A stretch of DNA of 64,000 nt from Mobula birostris (taxonomy: Eukaryota), in assembly GCF_030028105.1 (NCBI RefSeq), contig NC_092380.1, forward strand, positions 70,429,717 through 70,493,716. The letters run 5' to 3'. This document shows, piece by piece, positions 38,461 through 50,203 of this stretch (within the stretch, counting starts at the first letter, position 1; each line of letters begins with the position of its first letter). A program made the position numbers and the translations under genes. A model generated the notes under the pieces. That model searched no databases. It saw only the letters and a program-made list of their open reading frames with translations, and was not told the origin of the DNA.

Positions 38461-39289
38461 AAATGTGTGAGAAAGTTGGCAACCCTAACTGTAAAGGACA
38501 TGTTGAGGTGAGTTTAACCCTACTTGAACAACCACCCCCGCCACCCCCGCTGTCAGCCGGTCCACAAGAATATTGTCAATATTAAACCAGTCCGCAGTGC
38601 AAAAAATGGTTGGGGACCCCTGATCAAGAATAATCAGCATCCTTTGATGTTACTGCTTCGTATCTTCTATCCAGCATTAGGGTAAAAAAAAAAGGTAGCC
38701 TAATTATGCTGCTTTGATATGCATCGTTCTTCTTTAATAAACTCAGGTTTTCTACTTCGGTTTCCAAAGCAAAACAATACCAATAGCATTAAGGAAAATT
38801 TAATGTTCATTCTGGTCACATCAGACTGCACTACCCTTCTCTCAAAGGGTGCCCCAACGGGTTACCCCGTTGTCCAATTTTTGATAATTTTCTGATTCTC
38901 AGCTTTTCCATGGTCTCACTCCACCCTTTCTGTACTTTTCTATAAACCCACCAACCCTCTAAAATATTAACACTTAAACACTTCCCATGTCTCCCTAATT
39001 TTTTGAGATAATTCTAAAGTGAGAACATCAGCAGCTGAAAATGCAACCACTATCCATGCAGTGAGTAAACTCTCGGATAACTTAGAGCCAAAACTGAAGA
39101 GCTGGAGATATTTCAAAGTGTATGGGGTTGGGAAAGAGTAGAATAAGGGAGAGAACATTTTGAGAAAAAGGAAAAGCAGCAAAATTTAAAGTTCTGATTA
39201 ACAATTGATTGTCACCACACTACCAAGAAGGATATCAAAAAATTTTTCTTCTGATTATAACTTAACCAGAGACAATTTGATTCAATGAG

Positions 39290-40810
39290 CACAGACAATA
39301 GGCAATAGGAGCAGGAGTAGGCCATTCAGCCCTTTGAGCCAGCATCGCCATTCACTGTGATCATGGCTGATCATCCACAGTCAGTACCTCGTTCCTGCCT
39401 TCTCCCCATATCCCTTGACTCCACTATCATTAAGAGCTCTATCTAGCTCTTTCTTGAAAGCATCCAGAGAATTGGCCTCCACTTCCTTCTGGGGCAGAGC
39501 ATTCCATAGATCCACAGCTCTCTGGGTGAAAAAGTTTTTCCTCAACTCCGTTCTAAATGGCCTACCCCTTATTCTCAAATTGTGACCTCTGGTTCTGGAC
39601 TCCCCAACATCAGGAACATGTTTCCTGCCCCTAGCATATCCAATCCCTTAATAATCTTATCGGTTTCAATCAGATCCCCTCTCATCCTTCCGAATTCCGT
39701 TGTATACAAGCCCAGTCACTCCAATCTTTCAACATATGACAGTCCCGCCATCCCGGGAATTAACCTCATGAACCTACACTGCATTCTCTCAACAGCAAGA
39801 ATGTCCTTCCTCAAATTTGGAGACCAAAACTGTACACAATACTCCAAGTGTGGTCTCCCCAGGGCTCTGTACAGCTGCAGAAGGACCTCTTTGCTCCTAT
39901 ACTCAACTCCCCTTGTTATGAAGGCCAACATTCCAATAGCTTCCTTCACTGCCTGCTGTACCTGCATGCTTACTTTCAGTGACTGATGAACAAGGACACC
40001 TAGATCTTGTTGTACTTCCCCTTTTCCTAACTTGACACCATTCAAGTAGTAATCTGCCTTCCTGTTCTTGCCACCAAAGTGGATGACCTCACATTTATCC
40101 ACATTAAACTGCATCTGCCATGATTCTGCCCACTCACCCAACCTGTCCAAGTCATCCTGCATTATCACAACATCCTCCGCACATTCCGCACTGCCACCCA
40201 GCTTTATGTGATCTGCAAATTTGCTAATGTTTCTTTTAATCCCTTCATCTAAATCATTAATGTATATTGTAAATAGCTGTGGTCCCAACACCGGGCCTTG
40301 TGGTACCCCACTAGTCACTGCCCACCATTCTGAAAGGGACCCGTTAATCTCTACTCTTTGTTTCCTGTCTGCCAACCAATTTTCTATCCATGTCAGTACC
40401 CTACCCCCAATACCATGTGCTCTAATTTTGCACACTAATCTATGTGGGACCTTATCAAAGGCTTTCTGAAAGTCCAGGTACACTACATCCACTGGCTCTC
40501 CCTTGTCCATTTTCATAGTTACATCCTCAAAAAATTCCAGAAGATTAGTCAAGCATGATTTCCCCTTCGTAAATCCTTGCTGACTCGGACCGATCCTGTT
40601 ACTGCTATCCAAATGTGCCGCTATTTCATCTTTTATAATTGAATCCAGCATCTTGCCCACCGCTGATGTCAGGCTAACCGGTCTATAATTCCCTGTTTTC
40701 TCTCTCCCTCCCTTCTTACAAAGTGGGATAACATTAGCTACCCTCCAATCCTCAGGAACTGATCCTGAATCTATTGAACATTGGAAAATGACTACCAATG
40801 CGTTCAATCA
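39290..40810 (-). mobile_element. CR1 LINE, 5'-truncated, 363-aa RT ORF
   Basis: YRPVSLTS, YLDFQKAFDKVPH, GVPQGPVLGP and ISKFAD; tail cctattgcctattgtc. Confidence 0.92.
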
Positions 40811-41485
40811 CAGGGATGAAGGGTGCAAGCTTTAATGGGAATACTTCACCCTTCACCAATTAAAATAGGGAAATCACTTGGAGTCCAGTCACTTTGGGAG
40901 TAGGCTAAAGCCAGGATCAAATCTAGAAGGAGTATAATACCTCTAGTCCAACCAACCAAGCTGTCAAAGCAAGCACCTCCTACTCCATCTGGGTAGAGTT
41001 TGCAGGTACCACATTGGCCTCAACAATACCTCAGAAATACAGGGGTTGCAAGTTAGCTTCAACCCCGAAGAATTGCCAAAGAAGGGGTAAGAACGGGCAG
41101 AGAGGGGAGAGGAATTCATCAAGACAAGCTACAGCAAACAAAAACCACTTCACAATCCAATCTGGAATCATGACAAATTTTGACTGGTGTCAACCAAATC
41201 CGTAAGTGGCCCAATTATGTAAATTTAACAAACATAAATGAAACAATAACCTGAACATCCTGTTTCAGAGGCGGAAAACATTTTTATGGGTGGGGCACTC
41301 TAGTTAGGGCGTACTTTAAAATGTATAATCATACCACAAAAGAAATATCACAAACAAGAGAAAATCTGCAGATGCTGGAAATCCAAGTAACACACAAATT
41401 GCTGGAGGTACTCAGCAGGCCAGGCAGCAACCATGGAAAAGAATACAGTCGACGCTCCTGCTGAATGGTCTCGGCCCGAAACATC

Positions 41486-43846
41486 ACAAGGTCACAAGAC
41501 AAAGGAGCAGAAGTAGGCCATTCAGCCCATCGAGTCTGCTCCGCAGCTCCCCCATGAGCTAAACTATTCACCCATCTAGTTCCAATTTCCGGCTTTCTCC
41601 CCATATCCCTTGATACCCTGACTAATTAGATACCTGTCAATCTCCTCCTTAAACACCCTCAATGATCGGGCCTCCACAGCTGTATGTGGCAACGAGTTCC
41701 ACAAATCCACAACCCTCTGGCTAAAAAACTTCTCCTCATCTCTGTTTTAACTGGGTACCCTCTAATTCTAAGACTATGGAATCTTGTCCTGGACTCACCC
41801 ACCAAGGGAAACAACCTTTCCACATCTATTCTGTCCAACCCTTTCAATATTCGAAATGTTTCTATGAGATCCCCTCTCATTCTTCTATACTCTAATGAAC
41901 ACAGTCCAAGAGCCGACAAACGCTCCTCATATGTTAGCCCCTGCATTCCAGGAACTATCCTCGTAAATCTTCTCTCAACTCTCTCCAACATCAGTACTTT
42001 GGGGCCCAAAACTGCACACAGTATTCCAAATGAGGTCTCACTAATGCCCCATAGAGCCTCATCAACACCTCCTTACTCTTATACACTATTCCTCTTGAAA
42101 TGAATGCCAACATAGCATTCGCTTTCCTTACCGCCGATCCAACTTGGTGGTTAACCTTTAGGGTATCCTGCACGAGGACCCCCAAGTCCCTCTGCACTTC
42201 CGATTTTTGAATTTTCTCCCCATCTAAATAATAATCTGCCTGATTATTTCTTCTTCCGAAATGTACAACCGTACATTTGTCAACGTTGTATCTCATCTGC
42301 CATTTCTTTGCCCACTCTCCTAGACTGACTAAGTCTCTCTGCAACCTTTCCGTTTCTTCAACATTTCCTGCTGTTCCACCTATCTTGGTGTCATCCGCAA
42401 ACTTAGCCACAAAACCATTTAATCCATAATCCAAGTCATCGATATACATTGTAAAAAGAAGCGGCCCCAACACCGACCCCTGCGGAACACCACTAGTAAC
42501 CGGCAACCAATCAGAATAGGATCCCTTTATTCCCACCCTTTGCTTTCTGCCTATCAGCCAATGCTCCACCCATTTCAATATCTTTCCTATAATTCCATGG
42601 GCTCTCATCTTATTAAGCAGCCTCATATGCAGCACCTTATCGAAGGCCTTTTGAAAATCCAAATACACAACATCGACAGCCTCTCCCTTGTCAATCTTAT
42701 TCGAGATTACCTCAAAAAATTCCAATAGGTTGGTGAGGCAGGATCTTCCCTTCATGAAACCATGCTGGCTTCGGCCTATCTTGTCATGCACCTCGAGGTA
42801 TTTCATAACCTCGTCCTTGAGGATTGACTCCAATATCTTTCCAACTACTGATGTCAGACTAATAGGTCTGTAATTTTCTTTTTGCTGCCTCCTTCCTTTC
42901 TTAAATAGCGGAACTACATTTGCGACCTTCCAGTCCTCCGGAACCATGCCAGAGTCTATTGATTCCTGGAAGATCATTTCCAATGCTTCCACAATCTCCA
43001 AAGCCACCTCTTTCAGAACCCTTGGGTGCACCTCATCTGGACCGGGAGACTTAACTATTCTTAGTCCACTTAGCTTCCCAAGCACATTCTCTCTAGTAAT
43101 CTTGACTGTACCTAATTCTATACCCTGATACCTCAGGCTATCAGGTATATTACTGATGTCTTCCACTGTGAAGACTGATGCAAAATACTCATTCAGTTCC
43201 TCCACCATCTCTTTGTTATCCATTATAATTTCTCCAGCATCATTTTCAATCAGTCCCATATCTACCCTTGTCATTCTTTTACTCTTCATATATTTTTAAA
43301 AAAACTCTTAGTATCGTTTTTTATGTTAATCGCCAACTTCCTTTCATAATTCATCTTTTCTTTCCTAGTGACTTCCTTAGTTTCCTTCTGTAAGTTTTTA
43401 AAAGTCTTGCAGTCCTCATTTTTCCCACTAATTTTTGCTTCCTTGTACACCGTTTCTTTTGCTTTTATTTTTGCCTTAATCTCTCTCGTTAGCCACATTT
43501 GTGCCATTTTTCCAGTCACGATTTTCTTTTTACTTGGAATATATTTTTCCTGCATTTTCCTTATTTCTTGTAGGAATTTCATCCAATTCTGCTCTGCTGT
43601 CCCTCCATTTAACTTACTTTTCCAATCGACTTGGGCCAGTTCCTCTCTCATACCACTGTAATTTCCCCTGTTCCACTGAAATATCGATACACCTGATACC
43701 AGCTTCTCCTTTTCAAATTTGAAACTGAACTCAATCATATTATGATCACTACTTCCAAGGGGTTCCTTTACCTCCAGCTCCCTAATCACCTCAGGTTCGT
43801 TACACAGCACCCAATCCAAAACAGCCGGCCCCCTGGTGGGCTTCTG
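41486..43846 (-). mobile_element. Young CR1 LINE, 5'-truncated, 432-aa open RT segment
   Basis: ORFs 43286-43819, 41991-43289 and 41659-42009 with KFADDTK. Inserted into a Penelope terminal-repeat hairpin. Confidence 0.92.
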
Positions 43847-44039
43847 GACTGCACCTTAATCCCTAACCGGGTTGGCCTGCTGAGTTCCTCCAGCATTTTA
43901 TGTGTATTGCCGCAAAATAAATAACCCATCGGCGTTTTACTTGGAAGAATTGACAATAAGCACATTTCAAAAGTTTTAAGCTTCTTTGTCCAATTCTCGA
44001 GAATGATCTTTTAAAGGAAACCTTAGCCAGACTCCATTT

Positions 44040-44640
44040 TATGCCCCGCCGTTTAAACCAGTTTTACCCAGAGGAGAGGAGTAACCGCACTCTGACACCT
44101 TACCTGCCGCAGGGGTGAGCCACACAACAATCAGAAACAACACCAGGGGTCCCGAAGCCCCTGACCACCGGTATCGCCGCGACCTCGCCCAAGCGCGGCT
44201 GGAAGAAAAACCCAGCTCCGCCACCATTTCAGATGGAAAAACAACTGTTTTCACTTTCGTATTCTTCACGTGGTTTGTTCGGGTAAGTACCCATCCTATC
44301 ATAGAATATGTTTTAATTTAACCATACTGTCTTGACAACCGTTGTCTCCACAAGACTGGCCGTATACATTGCATTGCTCTTCATGTTGTAAGGACGTATC
44401 GAAAACTGAGGCTGCAGTCTACAGAGATGGGCGGAAAGCGGTGTCTGGGAAACGAGCTGCAGGGTGACGGTGACCCTGCTCATCCTTGGAGAGAGAGAAT
44501 CATTCAGCGCTTCAGGAGGCGGCGACTGCTGCCGATCCAGCGCCTCTCATGCTCGACCCTTTACCAAAATAAAACCTGTGACCAGAGCCCGCCAGGGACC
44601 CCTGCGTTCCGTGATGGGAATTTTTAACATTAGCTTGCCC
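44040..44640. promoter_or_regulatory. CpG-rich promoter-like island with ISRE (44247-44259) and E-box CACGTG (44267-44272)
   Basis: CpG density is visibly higher than in the flanks. GTTTTCACTTTCG lies about 20-30 nt upstream of the distal leader ATG. Confidence 0.65.
44104..44227 (-). CDS. Distal leader (signal peptide) exon (MVAELGFSSSRAWARSRRYRWSGASGPLVLFLIVVWLTPAA)
   Basis: Kozak gaaATGG; basic n-region, hydrophobic core and small-residue end; donor GCAG|gtaagg in phase 1; lies in CpG-rich unique DNA. Confidence 0.7.
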
Positions 44641-45189
44641 TGAGACCTTTCTACTGGCAATCCGTAACCAATCTACCCAGTCTGGCTCTTGTTCTTCATT
44701 TGTTTGCCTGCCCTTGACCTATCTAAATGCATCACTATAAAATGCATTCTGTTATTTTTGCAACCTGAATATACTTATTTATGGAATGATATGTCTGGAT
44801 GGCTTCCAAACAAAAGCTTTTCACTAAATCTTGGTGTTGGTGTTATTGTCACATATCAATACCAGTGGTAGCAATAATGGTGTTGATAAAACGCAAGGGT
44901 CTCTGATGTTCAGCAACATTATAGCCCTGGTGGTATATTCTGGCTCTCGAGGTCAAGTCTTGGGAGCTCCCAAGTGCAGGCATGAAATAAAGGAAATCAA
45001 GTGGTGAAACCTTTCATATTTCATGTGTCTGTCAGATGACAAGCAAATCTGTCTTCCTTTGGGTTTTTTTTTGTTTTGAGAGAAAACAAATAAAAGTGCA
45101 GATACTGGAACACAAAACAAACAACATCTGCAGAAAGAGAAATCACTTAATATTTTGGGTCAGGAATGAGAATCCTTGCCAAAGTTGAA

Positions 45190-45980
45190 GGATGAGGGAT
45201 GTATTATCATCATCTGGCATTGATGTAGTTTTGCACAACAACCTTGCTCTCAATATCAATAAGACCAAGGAATTGACTCTGGACCTCAGGAAGGGGAAGG
45301 ATGAAGAACACACTCCCGTCTTTGTCAAGGGGTCAGCAGTGGAAATGGTAAGTGGTTTCAAGTTTCCAAATGTCAACAACTCTGAAGATCTATCTTTGGC
45401 CCAACGTATTGATGTAAATAAGAAGAAAGCATGCCTGCGGCTATATTTCATTAGGAGTTTGAGGAAATTTTTTAATGTCACAAAGACTTGAGAAAATGTC
45501 TACTGATATGTGCTGGAGAGCATTCTGACTGGTTACATCACAGTCTAGTATGGAGGTGCCAATACACAGGATCAGGAAAAGCTGCAGGGGGTTGTAAACT
45601 CAGCCTGCTCCATCATGGGCACGAGCCTCCTCACCATCGACGACATAAGATCATAAGATGTAGGAGCACGATTAGGCCATTTGGCCCATGAAGTCTGCTC
45701 TGCGATTTCATTATGGCTGATCCATTTACCTCTCAGCCCCAATCTATAAGAACATAGGACATCTTCAAAAGGCGATGCCTCCATCGTTAAGGACTCTCAC
45801 CACCCAGGACATGCCGTCTTCTCATTACTACCACCAGGGAGCAGGTACAGGACCCTGAAGCCACACACTCAGTTTTAGGAACGGCTTCTTCCCCTCGGCC
45901 ATCTGAAATCTGAATGGTTGATGACCCATGAATACAACCTCGCTATTTTGCCTTCGTTTTGCAGGGCTTGTTTATTCTTA
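45190..45980 (+). mobile_element. Rex1/Babar 3' fragment with an inserted CR1-tail fragment
   Basis: NLALNINKTKELTLDLRK...RLYFIRSLRKF, and cataagatcataag...ggccatttggccc insert. Confidence 0.65.
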
Positions 45981-47232
45981 TATTTCTTACTGTAACTTAT
46001 TGTTTTTTAAATGTTTTGCACTAAAATGCTGCCGCCAAACTGCAAATTTCAGGACCGATGTCAGTGATGATAAACCTGATTCTGATTCTGGGATTGAGCT
46101 GTTGATGAACTGAAACCATTAGTCATGAGCTTTTTAGGCTATCCAGCCCCCACCCTGCTCCCCATTCTCTCTGCTGCTCGATGGCAGAATGGGTTGCAAT
46201 GACACGTCCAAATGCCGGGTTGGGCTGAGGAAGTAGAATATGTGCAGGAGCAGCCTGTGCCCCAAACATTTCCATGCAGCATAGAATGGCACGGAGAGCA
46301 TATGTGAGAGATGGGATTAACTCCCAAGAAGGGTTTCAGTGCCGGTGTCTAATAACAATTCCATCTGAATGAGGTTCAGCCTGATCAAGCCTGACCAATC
46401 ATGACCCCCATGAACACCTAGTATTGTCATGCCATGTCTATGTCATTTGTACACTCTCGTATTACAATTGACAATTGATACATAACATGAGAGAATGGAA
46501 GTAACAATAAAGCTGCAGGGGGTTGTAAACTCAGCCTGCTCCATCATGCCCACTAGCCTCCTCACCATCAACGACATAAGACCATAAGAGGTAGGAGCAC
46601 GATTAGGCCATCTGGCCCATGAAGTCTGCTGTGCGATTTCATTATGGCTGATCCATTTCCCTCTCAGCCCCAAACTATAAGACATAGGACATCTTCAAAA
46701 GGTGATGCCTCCATCGTTAAGGACTCCCACCACCCAGGACATGCCCTCTTCTCATTACTACCACCAGGGAGCAGGTACAGGAGCCTGAAGTCACACACTC
46801 AGTTTTAGGAACAGCTTCTTTCCCTCGGCCATCTGAAATCTGAATGGTTGATGACCCATGAACACAACCTCGCTATTTTGCCTTCATTTTGCAGGCTTGT
46901 TTATTCTTATATTTCTTACTGTAACTTATTGTTTTTTTAATGTTTTGCAGGAGCAGCCTGTGCCCCAAACATCTCCATGCAGCACAGAATGGCACGGAGA
47001 GCAGATGTGAGAGATGGCTCATATTGTATGGGATTAACTCCCAAGAAGGGTTTCAGTGCCAGTGTCTAATAACAATTCCATCTGAATGAGGTTCGGCCTA
47101 ATCAGGCCTGACCACTCCTGACCCTGGCCCCCTGAACTCCTAGTATTGTCATGCCATGTCAACGTCATTTGTACACTATCATATTACGATTGACAATTGA
47201 TACATAACATGAGAGAATAGAAATAACAATAA
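45580..47232. repeat. Local tandem duplication (45580-46510 and 46510-47232; the second copy lacks about 225 bp)
   Basis: Both copies start (a)aagctgcagggggttgtaaactcagcc and end gatacataacatgagagaat..aacaataaa. Confidence 0.85.
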
Positions 47233-47949
47233 ATTATTTTACTTTGAGCAAGAATATTGGGAAATCATGAATACAAGAGATTCTGCAGATACTGGTAATC
47301 TTAAGCAATACACACAAAATGCTGGATGACCCCAGCAAGTCAGACAGCATCTATAGAAGGGAATAAACATTAAATGTTTTGGATTTGAATGAAGGGTCTC
47401 ATCCTAAAACATCGATTGTACATTATATTCCCCTCTACAGATGCTGCCTGACTTGCTGAGTTCTTACCACAATTGAGAAATTGCATTTTTATAGTAATAA
47501 ACAGAAGAGATTCTGCAGATGCTGGAAATCCAGAGCAACACACAAAATGCTGGAGGAACTTAGCACTTTCACAGTATCTTTTCTGATCATACAAAACAGT
47601 ATCGCAGCTAATACAATACTTGAGATCTTTAGTCACTACAATGTTGTGGAAAGGAAATAGTTGATTATTTTACTCTTTGCTTGACAGTTCAGATCAAGAA
47701 TTTAATTATTAGACAAGCTTAATTAGTAAAGAACAACATTATGCTCTGAATCTTGGCTAAATTTGTTTCAGGATTAATTGTAAAATATGTTTGAATAAAT
47801 GTACAATTTCGGCCTTAACCTCACAGAAGGAAAATAATCTGAATGTGAAGGAAATGATTAATTCTACACTGGCATACTGAGTGCATCAATAGCCTTGTTT
47901 TTTTAAAAAATTATAGTACTGAAATGAAATAACAATTGTTAGACTGTTT

Positions 47950-48460
47950 GAAAATGTTCTGAGGAAAAGATATTATTTTGGAGTCATCTGACTTGCATTT
48001 TGGCTTTTATGTCTCTTATGGCCAGAAGGACACTCTTGCTCAAATGGAAAGATGCGGCCCCTCCTATTCACACCCAATGGTTACGTGATGTCATGTCATG
48101 TTTAAATTTAGAGAAGATTCGATGTTCAATCTCTGAATCTAGTCAAGACCATCAAACATTGTGGGGATCTTTTCTGAATTATTTTCAAAACCTTTGATTT
48201 GCTGTTAAAGCACAGATGATGACTAATAATTTTTTTCCTTTTTTTCTTTACTAATCAGCTTCGGTCTTAGTAGTGGGTTAGATTTTTTTAATATAATAAA
48301 ATTACTATATTTCAATGTTACGAATTAATTAATTTGTATGAATAAAGGGTTAGGAGCCTTTATATGCGATTTAGTATAATGTATTGATATATATATATTT
48401 TTTTTTCCTGTACTCTGTATTCTTGTATGTAAATTAATAAAAATATTGGAAAAGAAAATG
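47950..48460 (+). mobile_element. L1 (fish-type) 3' fragment
   Basis: LMARRTLLLKWKDAAPP...LNLEKIR...LWGSFL; A-rich end aaattaataaaaatattggaaaagaaa. Confidence 0.8.
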
Positions 48461-48989
48461 TTCTTTTCAATTATGAAGATGGGAAATTGTACAAGTTTCA
48501 TGTTGTTCAAACAGAATTGTAGTTGAAATGTTAGCCCATTTGGCCAATTGCATTATTTGATTTGTAGACCTTATTGATGTTCAGCTTTAAATTCATTTTC
48601 ATATGTTCATGATTTCTTCAAGCAATAATGGTTTTTATTATTCTGTTCTACTCTTTTATAATTTTCAATTTTAATAAAAATCCATTCTTCATATGACTCC
48701 ATTTTAAAATTTATGCGAACAGTACTTCTGGTTTGTCTTTCCACATTTTCTTTCATTTTGATGCCTCATTAACACAAATGAAAGAGCTTAATAATCAATG
48801 TAAGACAATATTAAAAGCTGCAAAATATTCCATATATGATTTACATAATTCACGTGTGAATTAAGTGGATCTAATTCAAATCACAACCAATTTAAACAGA
48901 ATATATGCTTTGATCTGCTAATTCTGTTGAGATAAAAAGCAAATATAATGGTTTAAAATTTCTTTGCCATTCTTAAAACCATCACTTCA

Positions 48990-49520
48990 TTGTTGAGAGA
49001 GGATATCCTCAAAGTATCCAAAAACCAGGCTTTGGAGAGGTGCAGAAGAGGTTTACCAGGATGCTGCCTGGATTAGAGGGCATGTGATATAATGAGAGAT
49101 TGGACAAACTTGGGTTGTATTCTCTCAAGCAGAGGAGGCTTAGGGGAGATCTGATAGAGGTTTATAAGATTATGTGAGCCACAGAGTACTGTATATAGAC
49201 AGTATCTTTTTCCAAGGCTTGAAATGTCAGATACCAGAGCCCATTTAAGGTCAGAGAGTTTAAATTCAAAGGAGATATGAGGGGCAAGAACTTTTTACAC
49301 AGAGATTGCTGGGTGCCTGGAATGTGCTGCCTGGGGTAGTGGTAGAGAGTGATACATGTGGGAATTTTAGGAGACATGGGGACATGAAAGTGAGGGAAAT
49401 GGAAGGATATCGCCATTGCGTAGCAGAAGCAAAAAATTTAGTTGGCCATTTGATTACTAATTTAATTGGTTTGGCATAACATTGTGGGCTGAAGGGTCAG
49501 TTCCTGTGCTGTACTGTTCT
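48990..49520 (+). mobile_element. CR1 3' fragment
   Basis: gagaggtgcagaagaggtttaccaggatgctgcctgg...ggcataacattgtgggctgaaggg. Confidence 0.7.
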
Positions 49521-49725
49521 ATTTTCTATATGGGTATGAATTAGGAACAAAAAAGGGTGTTGTCATTTGACTGGGGATGTATTACAGACATTCAAACGGT
49601 CAAAAATAAATTGAAGAACAGATATATAGGCAGATGACAGGGAGGTGCAAGAAAAACATTGTAGTATCAGGGGGTTTTAATTTCCTGAATAATAATAATA
49701 GGAATTATCTTCAAATAAAAGGCTT

Positions 49726-50182
49726 TGTGAAGGAACCTTGTTTTTTTTTTCAGATCTATACAAGAGATTGTTGGATTGGGGTATAGAATTGTTAATTTTC
49801 TTGCTTTTTAACTTTGTTTTGCTTGCTTATATTTTTATATAATCAGGTGTATAATGTAATTTTTCAATGAATTTTCCAACAATTACAGCACAGTTGGCTC
49901 TGGATTTTTCTAGAAACTTTTCAGATTCAGCAGCAAGTGTCATACAACCTGAATCTGGATATTTTATTAGTTAACTGTTATCAGTACAATTTCCTTTACC
50001 TCGTTTGGTATAAGAAGACCATTATTACTTTTTAGTCTGGTCTTTTCTTTGAACTCTGAACACTTCTTCTTGTTCTTCTTTGCTATTATAACATTTAATA
50101 AAACAATAGTAAGCATCAAGTTCTATGCTTCATTCTTGTTTTCCGAAGAACCTTTAAATTGCTTAAACATCGGGATCCAACA
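49726..50182 (+). mobile_element. 5' LTR of a decayed ERV (left boundary tentative)
   Basis: TG start, TATA-like TATAAGA near 50008, AATAAA near 50097, ending AACA 3 nt before the PBS. Confidence 0.55.
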
Positions 50183-50185
50183 GCT

Positions 50186-50203
50186 TGGTGGAGTCAGCAG
50201 GAT
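50186..50203 (+). other. Primer-binding site, tRNA-Ser-like
   Basis: TGGTGGAGTCAGCAGGAT matches 15/18 with TGGCGTAGTCGGCAGGAT, the complement of the vertebrate tRNA-Ser(AGA) 3' end. Confidence 0.7.

Larger units (their letters stand above)
37416..38487. mobile_element. Inner TIR element (MITE) within the hAT MITE
   Basis: 14-bp inverted termini TAGGGTTGCCAACT / AGTTGGCAACCCTA. Confidence 0.6.
37304..38622. mobile_element. hAT-superfamily MITE with 8-bp TSD
   Basis: TIRs CAGCGGTCCCCAACC / GGTTGGGGACCCCTG; TSD ATCAAGAA at 37296-37303 and 38623-38630. Confidence 0.88.
36800..38877 (+). mobile_element. Probable non-autonomous Helitron hosting nested insertions
   Basis: 5' A|TCTATATACTACTAAAAC; 3' hairpin CAACGGG-ttac-CCCGTTG (38855-38872) followed by CCAA|T (one mismatch to CTRR). 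Confidence 0.5.

Noticed and set aside
38967-39182. Hydrophobic ORF as another leader exon
   Set aside because: No convincing donor, Kozak context or promoter features.
44427-44627. 66-aa plus-strand ORF in the CpG island
   Set aside because: No recognisable domain; short ORFs are expected by chance in GC-rich DNA.
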